Translations under genes and position numbers: made by a program
Notes under the pieces: model-generated
What the model was told of the DNA's origin: nothing
The model's input: only the letters and a program-made list of their open reading frames with translations
Databases searched by the model: none
Assembly: GCA_041393015.1 (NCBI GenBank)
Contig: JAWKKV010000002.1
Location: forward strand, 513,279-577,278
Direction of reading: 5' to 3'
From: Chitinophagales bacterium
GTDB lineage: Bacteria > Bacteroidota > Bacteroidia > Chitinophagales > JADIYW01
Length of the DNA: 64,000 nt
Shown: one piece after another, positions 48,749-60,056 of the stretch
Layout of the letters: every line of letters starts with the position of its first letter
Numbering within the stretch: the first letter of the stretch is position 1

Positions 48749-51334
48749 TTAATTGTCTTCATTAGTTTCATCTTCAGAGTCAGCTTCAGGCGAATCGTCG
48801 GTATCATTTTCTTGCCCTTCGGCAGTTTCTACTTCTTCAATACCTTCTGCATTTACATCATCTATTTCCTCTTCATCATCAATATCAACTTTGGCTACTG
48901 CGGCAATTTCATCATCATCACTCAACCTAATTAATGTAACTCCTTGAGTGGCTCTTCCCATCACTCTAACAGCATCTAATCTCATTCGAATAGTTAAACC
49001 TGATTTATTGATAATCATTAACTCATTATCATCAGTAACTCCTTTTATCGAAATCAGTTTACCGGTTTTTTCAGTGACATTAATGGTTTTTACACCTTTT
49101 CCACCTCTATTGATCTTTCTGTAATCATCTAATAAAGAACGTTTGCCAAATCCTTTGGCTGAAACTACCATCAAATTAATTGTAGCTTCTTCATCTCTAT
49201 TTACACAAACCATGCCAACCACTTCATCATCCTTTCCACGTAAGGTCATTCCTTTTACTCCTGAGCCTGTACGACCAATTGCTCTGACCTGTTCTTCATT
49301 AAATCTTACTGCATATCCTGCGCTAGAACCTAATATAATCTCACAGTTTCCGTCTGTTAAAGCAGCACTTAATAACTCATCGCCATCTTTAATAGTAATC
49401 GCATTGATACCGTTAACTCTTGGACGAGAATACGCTCGAACACTAGTTTTCTTCAAGATACCATTTTTGGTAGCCATTATAATATTGTGGCTATCTAAGA
49501 ATTCGTCATCATTCAGATCAGAAATTTTGATAAAGGCTTTCACTTTATCTTCTTTATCTAATTGTAATAAATTCTGAATGGCTCTTCCTTTAGATTGTTT
49601 GCTGCCTTCTGGTACTTCGTATGCGCGCAACCAATGGCAACGGCCACTTTCAGTAAAGAGCAAAAGATAATTATGTGCTGAAGCCACAAACATGTGTTCA
49701 ATGAAATCTTCATCTCTTGTTTTACCTCCAACAGCTCCTCTTCCACCTCTTGCTTGCGTTCTATACTCATCAATGTTAGTACGCTTCATGTAGCCTAAGT
49801 GAGAGATAGTAACTACCATGTCATCATCAGCAATAATATCTTCCATTGAAATATCATCCCCTTGATAAATGATTTCACTTCTTCTTTCGTCACCATACTT
49901 CTCTTTTATCTCTAAAAGTTCTTCTTTGATGATCTCCATTCTAAGTTCTAAACTCGCTAAAATTGCTTTCAATCTTTCAACAGTAGCAACTACTTCTGCA
50001 TGCTCTTCTTTTAATTTATCTCTTTCCAGACCGGTCAACTTCTGTAACCTCATATCCAAAATAGCTTTCGCTTGAATTTCGGATAGTGCGAAGTTTTCCA
50101 TTAAGCCATTCTTAGCATCTTCTGGATTCGCAGATGCTCTAATCAATTTGATGACTTCATCTAAATTGTCAATTGCGATGATTAAGCCTTCTAAAATATG
50201 AAGTCTTTTCTCTGCTTGTTCTAATTCAAACTCAGTACGTCTAATAATCACTTGTTGTCTAAAATCAACAAAGTGACGGATCATGTCTTTTAAGTTCAAC
50301 ACTTCCGGACGACCATTGACTAAGGCAATGTTGTTTATTCCATAAGATGTTTGTAGCAAAGTATGTTTGTACAACATATTTAAAACCACATGAGCATTGG
50401 CATCTCTCTTAAGATCGTAAACCACTCGCATCCCTTGCCGTCCAGATTCATCTCTGATATCAGAAATACCTTCAATTTTCTTCTCATTTACTAAGTCAGC
50501 TGTCTTTTTAATCATTATAGACTTATTGACTTGGTATGGAATTTCAGTTACAATGATCTGTTGTCTTCCGCTAGCATCTTCTTCAATGGTAGCTCTACCT
50601 CTAACTTTTACTTTTCCTCTACCGGTTTCAAATCCTTGTTTTACTCCATCGTAGCCATAGATAATTCCACCTGTTGGAAAATCTGGTGCCTTGATATAAG
50701 TAATCAACTCTTCAATTGTAATCTCGTTATTTTCGATATAAGCTAACGTACCATCGATAACTTCTGTTAAGTTATGTGGTAAGATATTGGTTGCCATTCC
50801 CACCGCAATTCCAGATGCTCCATTGATTAAAAGGTTTGGAATTCTTGCCGGTAATACTGTTGGCTCCTTTAATGTATCATCAAAATTAAATTGAAAATCG
50901 ACTGTATCTTTATCGATATCGGCTAACATTTCCTCGGCTACTTTTCTAAATTTAGCCTCTGTATACCTCATTGCTGCAGGACTATCTCCGTCAATTGAAC
51001 CAAAGTTTCCTTGTCCGTCAACTAATGGATACCTTAATGACCAATCTTGCGCCATTCTCACCATAGTATCATATACTGAACTATCTCCGTGTGGGTGATA
51101 CTTACCTAAGACTTCTCCTACGATTCTTGCTGACTTTTTATAACCTCTGTTAGCATACAAGCCCAAGTCTTGCATTCCGTATAAAACTCTTCTGTGTACT
51201 GGTTTTAAACCGTCTCTTACATCAGGAAGTGCTCTTGAAACAATAACCGACATCGAATAATCGATATAAGCTGATTTCATTTCATCTTCGATATTTATAG
51301 GAATTATCCTGGACGATGGTTTTTCTTCTGCCAT
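48749..51334 (-). CDS. gyrA: DNA gyrase subunit A, with a long acidic (D/E-rich) C-terminal tail
   Basis: AAMRYTEA motif, catalytic Tyr region, six C-terminal beta-pinwheel repeats. 861 aa. Confidence 0.95.
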   Translation of the reverse strand: MAEEKPSSRIIPINIEDEMKSAYIDYSMSVIVSRALPDVRDGLKPVHRRVLYGMQDLGLYANRGYKKSARIVGEVLGKYHPHGDSSVYDTMVRMAQDWSLRYPLVDGQGNFGSIDGDSPAAMRYTEAKFRKVAEEMLADIDKDTVDFQFNFDDTLKEPTVLPARIPNLLINGASGIAVGMATNILPHNLTEVIDGTLAYIENNEITIEELITYIKAPDFPTGGIIYGYDGVKQGFETGRGKVKVRGRATIEEDASGRQQIIVTEIPYQVNKSIMIKKTADLVNEKKIEGISDIRDESGRQGMRVVYDLKRDANAHVVLNMLYKHTLLQTSYGINNIALVNGRPEVLNLKDMIRHFVDFRQQVIIRRTEFELEQAEKRLHILEGLIIAIDNLDEVIKLIRASANPEDAKNGLMENFALSEIQAKAILDMRLQKLTGLERDKLKEEHAEVVATVERLKAILASLELRMEIIKEELLEIKEKYGDERRSEIIYQGDDISMEDIIADDDMVVTISHLGYMKRTNIDEYRTQARGGRGAVGGKTRDEDFIEHMFVASAHNYLLLFTESGRCHWLRAYEVPEGSKQSKGRAIQNLLQLDKEDKVKAFIKISDLNDDEFLDSHNIIMATKNGILKKTSVRAYSRPRVNGINAITIKDGDELLSAALTDGNCEIILGSSAGYAVRFNEEQVRAIGRTGSGVKGMTLRGKDDEVVGMVCVNRDEEATINLMVVSAKGFGKRSLLDDYRKINRGGKGVKTINVTEKTGKLISIKGVTDDNELMIINKSGLTIRMRLDAVRVMGRATQGVTLIRLSDDDEIAAVAKVDIDDEEEIDDVNAEGIEEVETAEGQENDTDDSPEADSEDETNEDN

Positions 51335-51618
51335 AGTATTTTTACTTATTTAAATAAGGTGCAAAGATACTAAAACAGACACTCATAACCTCCTTAGTAA
51401 TCCACATTTTATGTGCTTATTAACGGTTTTAACCGGTTAAAGTGTGAGTTATTAAGAAATGAGAAATTCTGATGACTGTTAGTAAACAAAATTTGTATGT
51501 ATTGAGCCTATAATTGATAAAAAACGCGCAATCATGTAATTGAAATTACAGCTGCGGGAATCAACTAAAACATAAGTTATGATTTATACTATCTCTTTAA
51601 ATACCGTAATGGAAACTT

Positions 51619-52929
51619 TTAATATCCAAAAAGAGCTTTAAAAGGAATTATTAATCTGCTCCAATCTCCACCTGTCATCATTAAGGCTTGTAGCACACCA
51701 GCTATTGCGCCAAGTGCTCCTCCTACTAAAATCAGTAGTAATTCATCTTCTTCAAATGCAGGTCTTAAAATACCTTCGAACTCTTCACCAGAAAGTGCTT
51801 GCAACCTTGTTCTTAACATATTTTCCATGTCGAATGACTCTTCCGTAAAAGCAAAAGATTTTTTAACCGGACCAGGCAGAGCAAATACAAACTTGTTAAC
51901 GAGTTTCTTTTTAATTCTCATATATTTTTTATGTCCAACCAAAAACTGAATAATTGGTTTAGTATAACCCGCTGATTGATCGAGTGCCTTTTTAACATGT
52001 GATTGAACCAACTTAATTAGTTTATCTACGTTCTTTCCATAAATCATCTCATCAAAAATGTTTTGAGAGTTGATGATATGACCGGCTACAATTCTTGCAT
52101 ACTCAGCGGACACTTCATTTTGCCGTTTTATAAACAAGCCTAAAAATGTCCATGGTCCAAACTTTACCGGTGTTAACGGTCTAAAAATTAGTTTTAAAGC
52201 CACCCAATTGGTTGCAATTCCAACAAAGAAACCAAACAATGGAAGCGTTAAGTTTAAAGGATCTCCTAGATTTGGAAAATTATAACTTAACGTCCAAAAC
52301 ATAGCCATTTGAATCAATCCAAATAAAAATCCGAAATACAAACCAGAGCGTTGGATAAACTTAAATTCTTCCGCTCCTGTTTTTTGGAAAATATCTACCA
52401 TTAGTTGTTTGTCTTCCACTAATGCTTGAATTACCATTTTCTTTAAATCAAAAAGATCATAAATGTTATCACTTATGTCTTTCATCATTTCTTCAATCAA
52501 ACTTGGCAGCTCATTCGTTACTCTGGAATAAATTCTTTCTTTAACCGATTGAGGTAAAGTTTCCCAAAATGCCAAATCATCATCTTCCATGGTTTCACTC
52601 ATCACCTTCTCTGTCATGCTGATCATGTGTGGCCCCATTTCTTTTGCCATTTCATAAGGATCCAATTGCATGATAACATCTTCGATAGAAATTAACTTAG
52701 ATGTCATTAAATCCACAGAGATACTGGCCATTTTCTCCGCCTTACTTGGTATAATACCTTGCCAACCAATAGGAATTTTACCAATTCTAAAACCTATTAA
52801 CTCTAATGGATAGAAGGTCATCTTAATGGCTGCTACATTGGTAATGTATCCAATTACAGCACTTATAACAGGTATAGATAAGAAGGTCCAGTTTTCAACA
52901 AAAAAGTTTGTAAAAGCAGAAAGTAACAT
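51619..52929 (-). CDS. DUF445 (YjiN-like) family membrane protein
   Basis: 436 aa with an N-terminal TM segment and the family-typical PLELIGFRIGKIPIGWQGIIP region. Confidence 0.45.
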   Translation of the reverse strand: MLLSAFTNFFVENWTFLSIPVISAVIGYITNVAAIKMTFYPLELIGFRIGKIPIGWQGIIPSKAEKMASISVDLMTSKLISIEDVIMQLDPYEMAKEMGPHMISMTEKVMSETMEDDDLAFWETLPQSVKERIYSRVTNELPSLIEEMMKDISDNIYDLFDLKKMVIQALVEDKQLMVDIFQKTGAEEFKFIQRSGLYFGFLFGLIQMAMFWTLSYNFPNLGDPLNLTLPLFGFFVGIATNWVALKLIFRPLTPVKFGPWTFLGLFIKRQNEVSAEYARIVAGHIINSQNIFDEMIYGKNVDKLIKLVQSHVKKALDQSAGYTKPIIQFLVGHKKYMRIKKKLVNKFVFALPGPVKKSFAFTEESFDMENMLRTRLQALSGEEFEGILRPAFEEDELLLILVGGALGAIAGVLQALMMTGGDWSRLIIPFKALFGY

Positions 52930-53025
52930 TAGTTAGTTTATATATGGAATGAATATATTGCGAAAATATCATAAATTTCTGATCAATTCGTCAACGTAAA
53001 TTATTATTTAAATTTAAGTAATGCA

Positions 53026-53568
53026 ATGGAAGACAATATTTTAGATATAAACGAAGATAATACACATCTAAAAATAATACCATACTATCTCAAGCATGGA
53101 TTAATAGCTGTTTTTCTTAGTATTATTTTTTCAATGATTATTTTCTTTTTAGGATTAGAATACGAACAACGTTTTCAGTACGTAATGCTTTTAAGTCCTA
53201 TTTCCTTAATGGTGATTTGCTTACATACCTACAAAAAGGACAATGGAAACAAGTTAAAAGGCAGCAGAGGTTTTCAAATGGGTTTAATGATGTTTGTCTT
53301 TTATGGCGTTCTAATGGGATTATTTACACTCCTCTACATCAGTGTTATTAGTCCTGATTTTATAAATGGATTAAAAGCAGTTACGGTCGAAAAAATGAAA
53401 GAAAGAGGTCTGGAAGATGAAATGATTGCAATGCAAATGAAATACGCATCCTTCTTTTTCTCACCTATTTGGCTCTTTACAATTAGTTTGCTAATGAGTA
53501 CTATTTACGGTTTAGTATTTAGCGGAATTACTGCTGCCATTATGAAGACGCCTAATAAAAGCAACTAA
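53026..53568 (+). CDS. hypothetical integral membrane protein (about 4 TM helices)
   Basis: Provided ORF; hydrophobicity pattern. Confidence 0.4.
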   Translation: MEDNILDINEDNTHLKIIPYYLKHGLIAVFLSIIFSMIIFFLGLEYEQRFQYVMLLSPISLMVICLHTYKKDNGNKLKGSRGFQMGLMMFVFYGVLMGLFTLLYISVISPDFINGLKAVTVEKMKERGLEDEMIAMQMKYASFFFSPIWLFTISLLMSTIYGLVFSGITAAIMKTPNKSN

Positions 53569-53589
53569 ACCTTTTTTCAAGGAAGCAAC

Positions 53590-53937
53590 TTATAAATGCA
53601 TTCTTGCTTTCTTGCCTAGCAATTGCTCTTCTGTTTCTACGTGATCAGGATCCGGAACACAGCAATCAACAGGACAAACAGCAGCGCATTGTGGCTCTTC
53701 ATGCCAACCAACACATTCTGTACATTTATCTACTACGATATAATATAAATCATCAGAAACAGGTGTTTGTAAAGCATCGGGAGATACCGTTTTACCGTCG
53801 TGCAATTGATAGTCAGCTTTAACACCTGTACCATCTGCCATTGCCCATTCTACACCACCTTCATAAATTGCATTATTTGGACATTCCGGTTCACAAGCTC
53901 CACAGTTAATACATTCGTCAGTTATAATAATCGCCAT
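53590..53937 (-). CDS. 4Fe-4S ferredoxin (two-cluster / 7Fe type)
   Basis: [12 protein letters not shown] and [22 protein letters not shown] cluster motifs. Confidence 0.8.
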   Translation of the reverse strand: MAIIITDECINCGACEPECPNNAIYEGGVEWAMADGTGVKADYQLHDGKTVSPDALQTPVSDDLYYIVVDKCTECVGWHEEPQCAAVCPVDCCVPDPDHVETEEQLLGKKARMHL

Positions 53938-54072
53938 TCGTCTCTAATTTTTAGTTTATTCATTAGCTTCGCCAATATTTTATAATTGGATTAGATAAAT
54001 CATAGTAGCAAATATAATGTCCTAAAACAGAAAAAAGTTTATTATTTACAGTTTAAAAATCTAATAACATAA

Positions 54073-55077
54073 ATGGCAATTGAAAAAAGGATTAAAGCAT
54101 TTGTAAAATTGGGTGAATATATCTCCTTGTTTCCAAAAGATTTAAGAGAGGCTATGACGCACGCTAAAGCCAGAAATCAGTGGTTTACAATTGAAAATAT
54201 AGAGCGCTCATTAACTTCTATTGCAAAAGAATTTCTAGCAGAAGATAAATTAAGAGCATGGTTAAGTAGTTACAATTTAAAAAATGACAGTAAAGTTATT
54301 GGCATTGTAGCTGCAGGGAATATTCCTTTGGTTGCCTTTCATGATATTTTATGTATTCTAATTTCTGGATATCAAATAAAAATAAAGTTATCTGATAAAG
54401 GTTCTATCCTAATACCTTTCTTGTTAAATAAATTGATTGAAATAGAAAGCGATTTTAAAGACAAGATAAACGTTGTTGAACGACTCAACAATTTTGACGC
54501 TGTAATTGCCACCGGAAGTAATAACTCCGCTAGATATTTTGAATACTATTTTGGTAAATACCCGAATATTATAAGAAAGAATAGGAATTCAGTGGCCATA
54601 TTAAATGGCAAAGAATCTTCTGAAGATTTAAGTTTATTAGGAGAAGATATATTCTCTTATTTTGGTTTAGGCTGCAGAAATGTATCCAAGTTGTGGTTGC
54701 CTAAAGACTATAATTTTCAACCTTTTATCCAAGCAATTTCTAACTATATTCATCTGATGGATCATTACCACTATAAGAACAATTTAGATTATAATAGGAC
54801 ACTTTTGTTGATGAATCAAGTACCTATGTTGGATGTTGATTTTGTGAATTTAGTAGAACATGAAATGATTGCTTCTCCTATTTCTAATATTCATTATGAG
54901 TTTTATGATTCTATTGAAAACGTTCATCAAGAATTAGACTTAAAAAAAGAAGAGATACAATGTGTTGTTGGTAATGAATCGAGCATTTGTAATATTGGTT
55001 TTGGGCAAGCTCAATCGCCTAGTTTAATGGATTATGCTGACAATATTGACACTATGAGTTTTCTGGAAGAGCTTTAA
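54073..55077 (+). CDS. acyl-CoA reductase (LuxC-like) family protein
   Basis: 334 aa with the family-typical arrangement (..IGIVAAGNIPLVAFHD..GLGCRNVSKLW..). Confidence 0.45.
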   Translation: MAIEKRIKAFVKLGEYISLFPKDLREAMTHAKARNQWFTIENIERSLTSIAKEFLAEDKLRAWLSSYNLKNDSKVIGIVAAGNIPLVAFHDILCILISGYQIKIKLSDKGSILIPFLLNKLIEIESDFKDKINVVERLNNFDAVIATGSNNSARYFEYYFGKYPNIIRKNRNSVAILNGKESSEDLSLLGEDIFSYFGLGCRNVSKLWLPKDYNFQPFIQAISNYIHLMDHYHYKNNLDYNRTLLLMNQVPMLDVDFVNLVEHEMIASPISNIHYEFYDSIENVHQELDLKKEEIQCVVGNESSICNIGFGQAQSPSLMDYADNIDTMSFLEEL

Positions 55078-55280
55078 TTGTAATTTTCGGGGTTGTTTTT
55101 TTTTAAACACCGATTTTACCTTTTTTCAATCAATTTCCTAAAAAACATGTGGCTTTCTACAATAGGTAGGATAATCTTCGATTAAACGGATTTCCACAGA
55201 TATAACCCAATACGGATTATTGGTTCCATTAGCTACTTTAACATTTGAAAAACAACTATGGTATCTGAAAAGCATGAAGG

Positions 55281-56324
55281 TTACAAATTAAAACTAGCCG
55301 TATATCTCTCCCATTTTTCTAGCAATTGCTCGAAATAGTCAGGCAAAGGTTGCTCAAAAGACATTCTTTTTTTAGTAATAGGATGTTCGAAGCCTAAGGA
55401 TTTTGCATGTAAACTGTGGTACGGCATAATTTTGAAACAGTTATCGATAAACTGCTTGTATTTCGTATAAACTGTTCCTGTCACTATTTTATCACCACCG
55501 TAATTATAGTCATTAAACAAAGGATGCTTGATGTGTTTCATATGGACTCTGATTTGATGGGTTCTACCTGTTTCCAATTTACATTGGATGAAAGTGGCAT
55601 AACCAAATCGTTTCAACACTTTATAATGTGTAACAGCATGCTTACCATCTTCCCCATCCGGAAACACCGTCATCAACTTTCTATGTTTGGGATCGCGTCC
55701 AATATTAGCGGTTATAGTGCCTTCATCTTCTTCGAAATCGCCCCAAACAAAAGCATTATAAGTTCGTTCAGTCGTTCTATCAAAAAACTGTTTAGCTAGA
55801 TAAGATAACGCATATTCTGTTTTCCCGACTACTAAAAGTCCTGATGTATTTTTATCTAATCGATGGACAATTCCCGGGCGACTTTCCCCATTAATTTCCG
55901 GCCAAAGCGCTTTATGATGTAAAAGTCCGTGTACCAAAGTGCCTTCAAAATTTCCATGCCCAGGATGAACCACCAAACCAGCCTGCTTATTGACCACCAT
56001 TACGTCATTGTCTTCATAAACAATATCTAATCCAACATCTTCAGGCTCAATGGTATATTCAAGTGGCGGTTGTGCCATTACAATCCGTATTTTATCCAAT
56101 GGCCTAATTTTGTAATTAGGTTTTACCGCAGCATCATTTACTAAAACACTTCCAGACTTGGCAGCATTTTGTATCCTATTTCTGCTAACCTTCTCAAGTC
56201 TATCGCATAAAAATTTATCTATGCGCAATGGCGATTGACCTTTATCTACAGTGAAGCTATAATGCTCGTAAAGTTCATCATTTTCATCATCTATAATTTC
56301 GTCAATATCTTTTTCTTCTGTCAT
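55281..56324 (-). CDS. rluD: RluA-family 23S rRNA pseudouridine synthase (RluD-like) with an N-terminal S4 domain
   Basis: HRLDKNTSGLLVV catalytic-Asp motif. 347 aa. Confidence 0.85.
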   Translation of the reverse strand: MTEEKDIDEIIDDENDELYEHYSFTVDKGQSPLRIDKFLCDRLEKVSRNRIQNAAKSGSVLVNDAAVKPNYKIRPLDKIRIVMAQPPLEYTIEPEDVGLDIVYEDNDVMVVNKQAGLVVHPGHGNFEGTLVHGLLHHKALWPEINGESRPGIVHRLDKNTSGLLVVGKTEYALSYLAKQFFDRTTERTYNAFVWGDFEEDEGTITANIGRDPKHRKLMTVFPDGEDGKHAVTHYKVLKRFGYATFIQCKLETGRTHQIRVHMKHIKHPLFNDYNYGGDKIVTGTVYTKYKQFIDNCFKIMPYHSLHAKSLGFEHPITKKRMSFEQPLPDYFEQLLEKWERYTASFNL

Positions 56325-56339
56325 GGTTGAGTAATATAA

Positions 56340-56741
56340 CTATTTTATTAGAACGCCTTTTTTATTTAATACCGGAACTTCTATCAAATGTTCTTCTCTT
56401 AAACTATCCGTTACAAATACATATTTTTTATCAAACAAATATCCATCTTTAGAGAAGCTCACCCAGAATTCATTGTTTAATGCCAACAATTCATCCCTTA
56501 TTTCTTCTACTTTAACACAACTTCCTCCTTCAATGCATTCAAAAAACTGTCGCAGCGAAGAGGTTTTGACTTCTCGTTCTTCAATTTCTCCATATCCTTT
56601 AGAATTTACCAATACAGATTGAATCACAGAATCCCCAGTATTAATTAAGTAAGCATTCCATACCATTTCAACTCCTTCTTGTTCAGGAATAATGGCAATT
56701 GCGGTATCTATTACCTTTTTAAAATCTATGTCTTTAAGCAT
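56340..56741 (-). CDS. hypothetical protein
   Basis: Provided ORF. Overlaps lipB by 8 nt, so probably co-transcribed. Confidence 0.35.
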   Translation of the reverse strand: MLKDIDFKKVIDTAIAIIPEQEGVEMVWNAYLINTGDSVIQSVLVNSKGYGEIEEREVKTSSLRQFFECIEGGSCVKVEEIRDELLALNNEFWVSFSKDGYLFDKKYVFVTDSLREEHLIEVPVLNKKGVLIK

Positions 56742-57465
56742 CTTCTTTTATTATTTTAGTATCAAAAACAATTTCAAAATGTTTTAATATTTTTTCTTTT
56801 ACTTCATTTATATCTAATTCATGTCCAAGCTCCTTTTGCAATGATGTAACACCTTTATCGGCAATTCCACAAGGAACTATGTAGCTAAAGTAACTCAGGT
56901 CGGTATTTACATTCAGTGCCCAACCATGCATAGTTATCCAACGGCTTGTTTTAACTCCAAAGGCGCAAATCTTTCTTTCGTTTGGTTTTCCTTTGTCGAG
57001 CCAAACACCAGTAGCGCCTTCTACCCTTTCACCTTTGAGACCGTATTCCGCAATTGTTCTTATAATTACTTCCTCTAACGATCGCATATACACTTTAATA
57101 TCTGCAGAAAACTGATCCAAGTCAATAATAGGGTAACCAACTATTTGCCCTAAACCATGATAAGTAATATCCCCCCCTCTATTACTATGATAAAAATCTA
57201 TAGATCTTGAATATAGTTCATCGGCTTTCAATAAAAGGTGATCTTCCGAACCACTTTTCCCTAATGTGTATACATGCGGATGTTCGCAGATGTAAAGATA
57301 GTTTTTAGGAAGTTCAATTTGATCATTTGCTTTTCGAGCTAATTTAATAGCGACCGAATTATCAAAAGCAGCCTGTTGTATATCCCAAGCAGCTTTGTAA
57401 TCAATTAAACCGAGTTCCGTTAAAAAAACTTGTTTCCTATTAGCCTCTAAATGGTTTTCTATCAT
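56734..57465 (-). CDS. lipB: lipoyl(octanoyl) transferase LipB
   Basis: RGGDITYHGLGQIVGYPI motif and the KICAFGVK catalytic Lys/Cys region. Confidence 0.85.
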   Translation of the reverse strand: MIENHLEANRKQVFLTELGLIDYKAAWDIQQAAFDNSVAIKLARKANDQIELPKNYLYICEHPHVYTLGKSGSEDHLLLKADELYSRSIDFYHSNRGGDITYHGLGQIVGYPIIDLDQFSADIKVYMRSLEEVIIRTIAEYGLKGERVEGATGVWLDKGKPNERKICAFGVKTSRWITMHGWALNVNTDLSYFSYIVPCGIADKGVTSLQKELGHELDINEVKEKILKHFEIVFDTKIIKEDA

Positions 57466-57493
57466 TAAAACCTATAACAGTAATGAGAAGGAA

Positions 57494-58492
57494 TTAATTC
57501 ATTGGCGTTTTCCCTAATTCGTTTTTGAGTTTAGAGATAACTTCAATTTCGATAGGATCCGCGTTTCTGTGCTCAGAAAGATAAAAAGATACCCAATCCG
57601 TCAAATGAATTAAATAAAGTGTTCTAGCGATATCAGACTCCCCTTTTGACATGATCTCGATAATATCTGCTCCACAATATTTTGCAACCGACTTAGTGAA
57701 GTCCATTCTTCTCTGATTTCTATCATAATCGTCTTCATTTCTCAACAATATTACAACATGATCAGAGTAGTTTCCACGCCAGCCCACTAATTCGTTGTGG
57801 TTCATTTCAGGAATAACATGATGCCAGCATAACATTTTAGCATTCTCATTGATTTGCTGTCTAAATCTTACGGCAACGCCTTCAATAGCAGCGTCACAAT
57901 AAATTATTGGCATTTTATTATTCATTTTAGAAGCAATATCTTTAGCAATTGATTGAATATCTTCTGAATTAGTCTCTAATAATTGAATCGCTTTTTTCAG
58001 ATCCTTCTTAAAATCATTATTGATTAGACCAAGTCCGGATAAAATATAGTAGAGTTGAACAAAAGAATATCCAAAACAGGTTCGAGGAGGCATTCCTCCA
58101 TCAACAGTTATAAAATCTAATCCATTACTTTGTGAAAAGCTCATCACTTCACCACCACTTGTAATGCATACTATTTTAGCTTCTTTTGAAAAAGCTGATT
58201 TTAAAGCACATAAAGTTTCTTCAGTATTTCCTGAATAAGATGAAACAATTACCAGTGTATTTTCATCGACAAAAGCAGGAATAAAATAATTTTTATTTAC
58301 TACTACAGGAACCTTTAAATGATCTCTCAACAATTCTGCAACTATAGTTCCTCCAATACCAGAACCACCCAAACCTGTAATTAGCACATTATGAATGGCT
58401 AAACTAGACTTAGTTAGTTTTGCACTCTCTCCTATTTCGATAGCTCTTTCAAGTTGCTCTGTAAAACCATCAATCAATTCATTCATTTTCAT
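57494..58492 (-). CDS. SIS-domain sugar-phosphate isomerase (bifunctional phosphoglucose/phosphomannose isomerase-like family)
   Basis: 332 aa with a tandem SIS-like nucleotide-binding pattern (ITGLGGSGIGG..VIVSSYSGNTEET). Confidence 0.5.
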   Translation of the reverse strand: MKMNELIDGFTEQLERAIEIGESAKLTKSSLAIHNVLITGLGGSGIGGTIVAELLRDHLKVPVVVNKNYFIPAFVDENTLVIVSSYSGNTEETLCALKSAFSKEAKIVCITSGGEVMSFSQSNGLDFITVDGGMPPRTCFGYSFVQLYYILSGLGLINNDFKKDLKKAIQLLETNSEDIQSIAKDIASKMNNKMPIIYCDAAIEGVAVRFRQQINENAKMLCWHHVIPEMNHNELVGWRGNYSDHVVILLRNEDDYDRNQRRMDFTKSVAKYCGADIIEIMSKGESDIARTLYLIHLTDWVSFYLSEHRNADPIEIEVISKLKNELGKTPMN

Positions 58493-58560
58493 CGTCAGTG
58501 TATTTTAGGTATGCAAAGAAAAGGGATTTTACATTTATCTCTAATTAATTGTAAGATTTT

Positions 58561-58989
58561 ATGGAAAAATCATCTTTTATGACTCTTAATGATACGCAAC
58601 ATATAATTTTTATTTTGAAAAAACAGCAAACAACAAAAATAGGTCAAATTGGAGAAGAAAAAGCTTGTCGTTATTTAATCAATAAGGGCTACTCAATTTT
58701 ATATACTAATTGGCGGCATAAAAGACTTGAAGTCGATATTATTTGTACTGACACGAATAATACGCTTGTTTTTGTTGAAGTAAAAACTAGATCAAGTAAA
58801 ATATTTGGTGAACCTCAAGATTTTGTAAATGAAAGTAAACAACGAAATCTAATCAATGCAGCAGAAGCTTATTGCCATGAATTTAAACATCAAGGTGAAA
58901 TAAGATTTGACATTATAGGTTTATTGATGACTAATAAATCTATTAAAGAAATCAAGCACTATTGTGATGCTTTTTATGAAATAGAATAA
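58561..58989 (+). CDS. yraN: YraN/UPF0102-family endonuclease-like protein
   Basis: GEEKACRYL...ILYTNWR...EVDII....LVFVEVKTR is the family signature. The true start may be the internal Met at aa 8. Confidence 0.6.
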   Translation: MEKSSFMTLNDTQHIIFILKKQQTTKIGQIGEEKACRYLINKGYSILYTNWRHKRLEVDIICTDTNNTLVFVEVKTRSSKIFGEPQDFVNESKQRNLINAAEAYCHEFKHQGEIRFDIIGLLMTNKSIKEIKHYCDAFYEIE

Positions 58990-59027
58990 AGAAGTGCCTA
59001 TTATTGTGAATATTATTATATGAATTA

Positions 59028-60018
59028 ACCCGTTGTGCATTTAAATTTGAGCCTTTAAGTTATTAATTTTTCTATCTAAAATGTATTTGTTTAGATATTG
59101 AATAGTTGTCAAGGCAGTTATTTTGGATATAACTCTTGTTCTAAATCCAGCGAATGATTTAGCATAATTTCTTCGAATCATGAACTGGTCGCATAGTTGT
59201 GAAAACAACGTTTCTATTCTCTTTCTAGCTTTTCTAAATATATAAGGATATTGCTTATAATTTTTTTGATTATTTCTCATTGGTGTTGATAATTCAATAT
59301 TATTTTCTGTAAATAATTCTAGTTGCCAAGGTTGGCTTAGATACCCTTTATCTGCAATGATTATACAGTTTGAGAATTGCTGTCGGATATCATTTAGATA
59401 ATGAATGTCATGAACCGATGCGCTAGATATATCAATAGATTCAATGATTCCAGCTACTCCACAAGTGGCATGTAGTTTATAGCCATAATAACTCATTTTC
59501 ATGGAGGCACAATATCCTTTATCTGGCGCTAAGTCTAAATCTTGTTGACATATAGAACTTCTTTGGCTGCGACTTAGCTTACATATTTCTAAAGGCATAC
59601 TGTCCACTACAAAAATGTCTTCAAATTCATTGAATTGATTGGCGAGAAGCCTCCTAATTTGTTCAATATAAATATATAAACCCCTACGCCTTCGATTATA
59701 ACCACTGCGATCAATTAGGTTTGGGAATTCAACTGATTTTAAGCGAATAAACAAATTGTTTTCACTATCTATTCCCATGTACTCAGCAGTAAGGTTGAGA
59801 CTCACCAATTCAACATCAGATAGCTTAGGTAAACGACTTCTTTTGAAGAAATTACCATTTTTATCTAATATTTCTTTTCCTATAGATTTGATTACTTCTA
59901 AAATTTTGTCGAAATTGTTCTTGAGGTTGTGCATAATTAATTGATTTTGTGAGAATTATCAATTTACGACTAATTGGTAGTCGGCACAACTTCACTTTTT
60001 AACTAATGCACAACGGGT
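59028..60018 (-). mobile_element. IS982-family insertion sequence, copy 2 (intact). Terminal IRs acccgttgtgcat/atgcacaacgggt; 8-bp TSD ATGAATTA.
   Basis: 991 bp with a single 297-aa DDE transposase ORF. The TSD atgaatta is present at 59020-59027 and 60019-60026. Confidence 0.9.
59041..59934 (-). CDS. IS982-family DDE transposase
   Basis: 297 aa. This size and single-ORF organisation is typical of the IS982 family. Confidence 0.85.
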   Translation of the reverse strand: MHNLKNNFDKILEVIKSIGKEILDKNGNFFKRSRLPKLSDVELVSLNLTAEYMGIDSENNLFIRLKSVEFPNLIDRSGYNRRRRGLYIYIEQIRRLLANQFNEFEDIFVVDSMPLEICKLSRSQRSSICQQDLDLAPDKGYCASMKMSYYGYKLHATCGVAGIIESIDISSASVHDIHYLNDIRQQFSNCIIIADKGYLSQPWQLELFTENNIELSTPMRNNQKNYKQYPYIFRKARKRIETLFSQLCDQFMIRRNYAKSFAGFRTRVISKITALTTIQYLNKYILDRKINNLKAQI

Positions 60019-60056
60019 ATGAATTAATATTTTTATCAACCTAAACAACCTAATGA

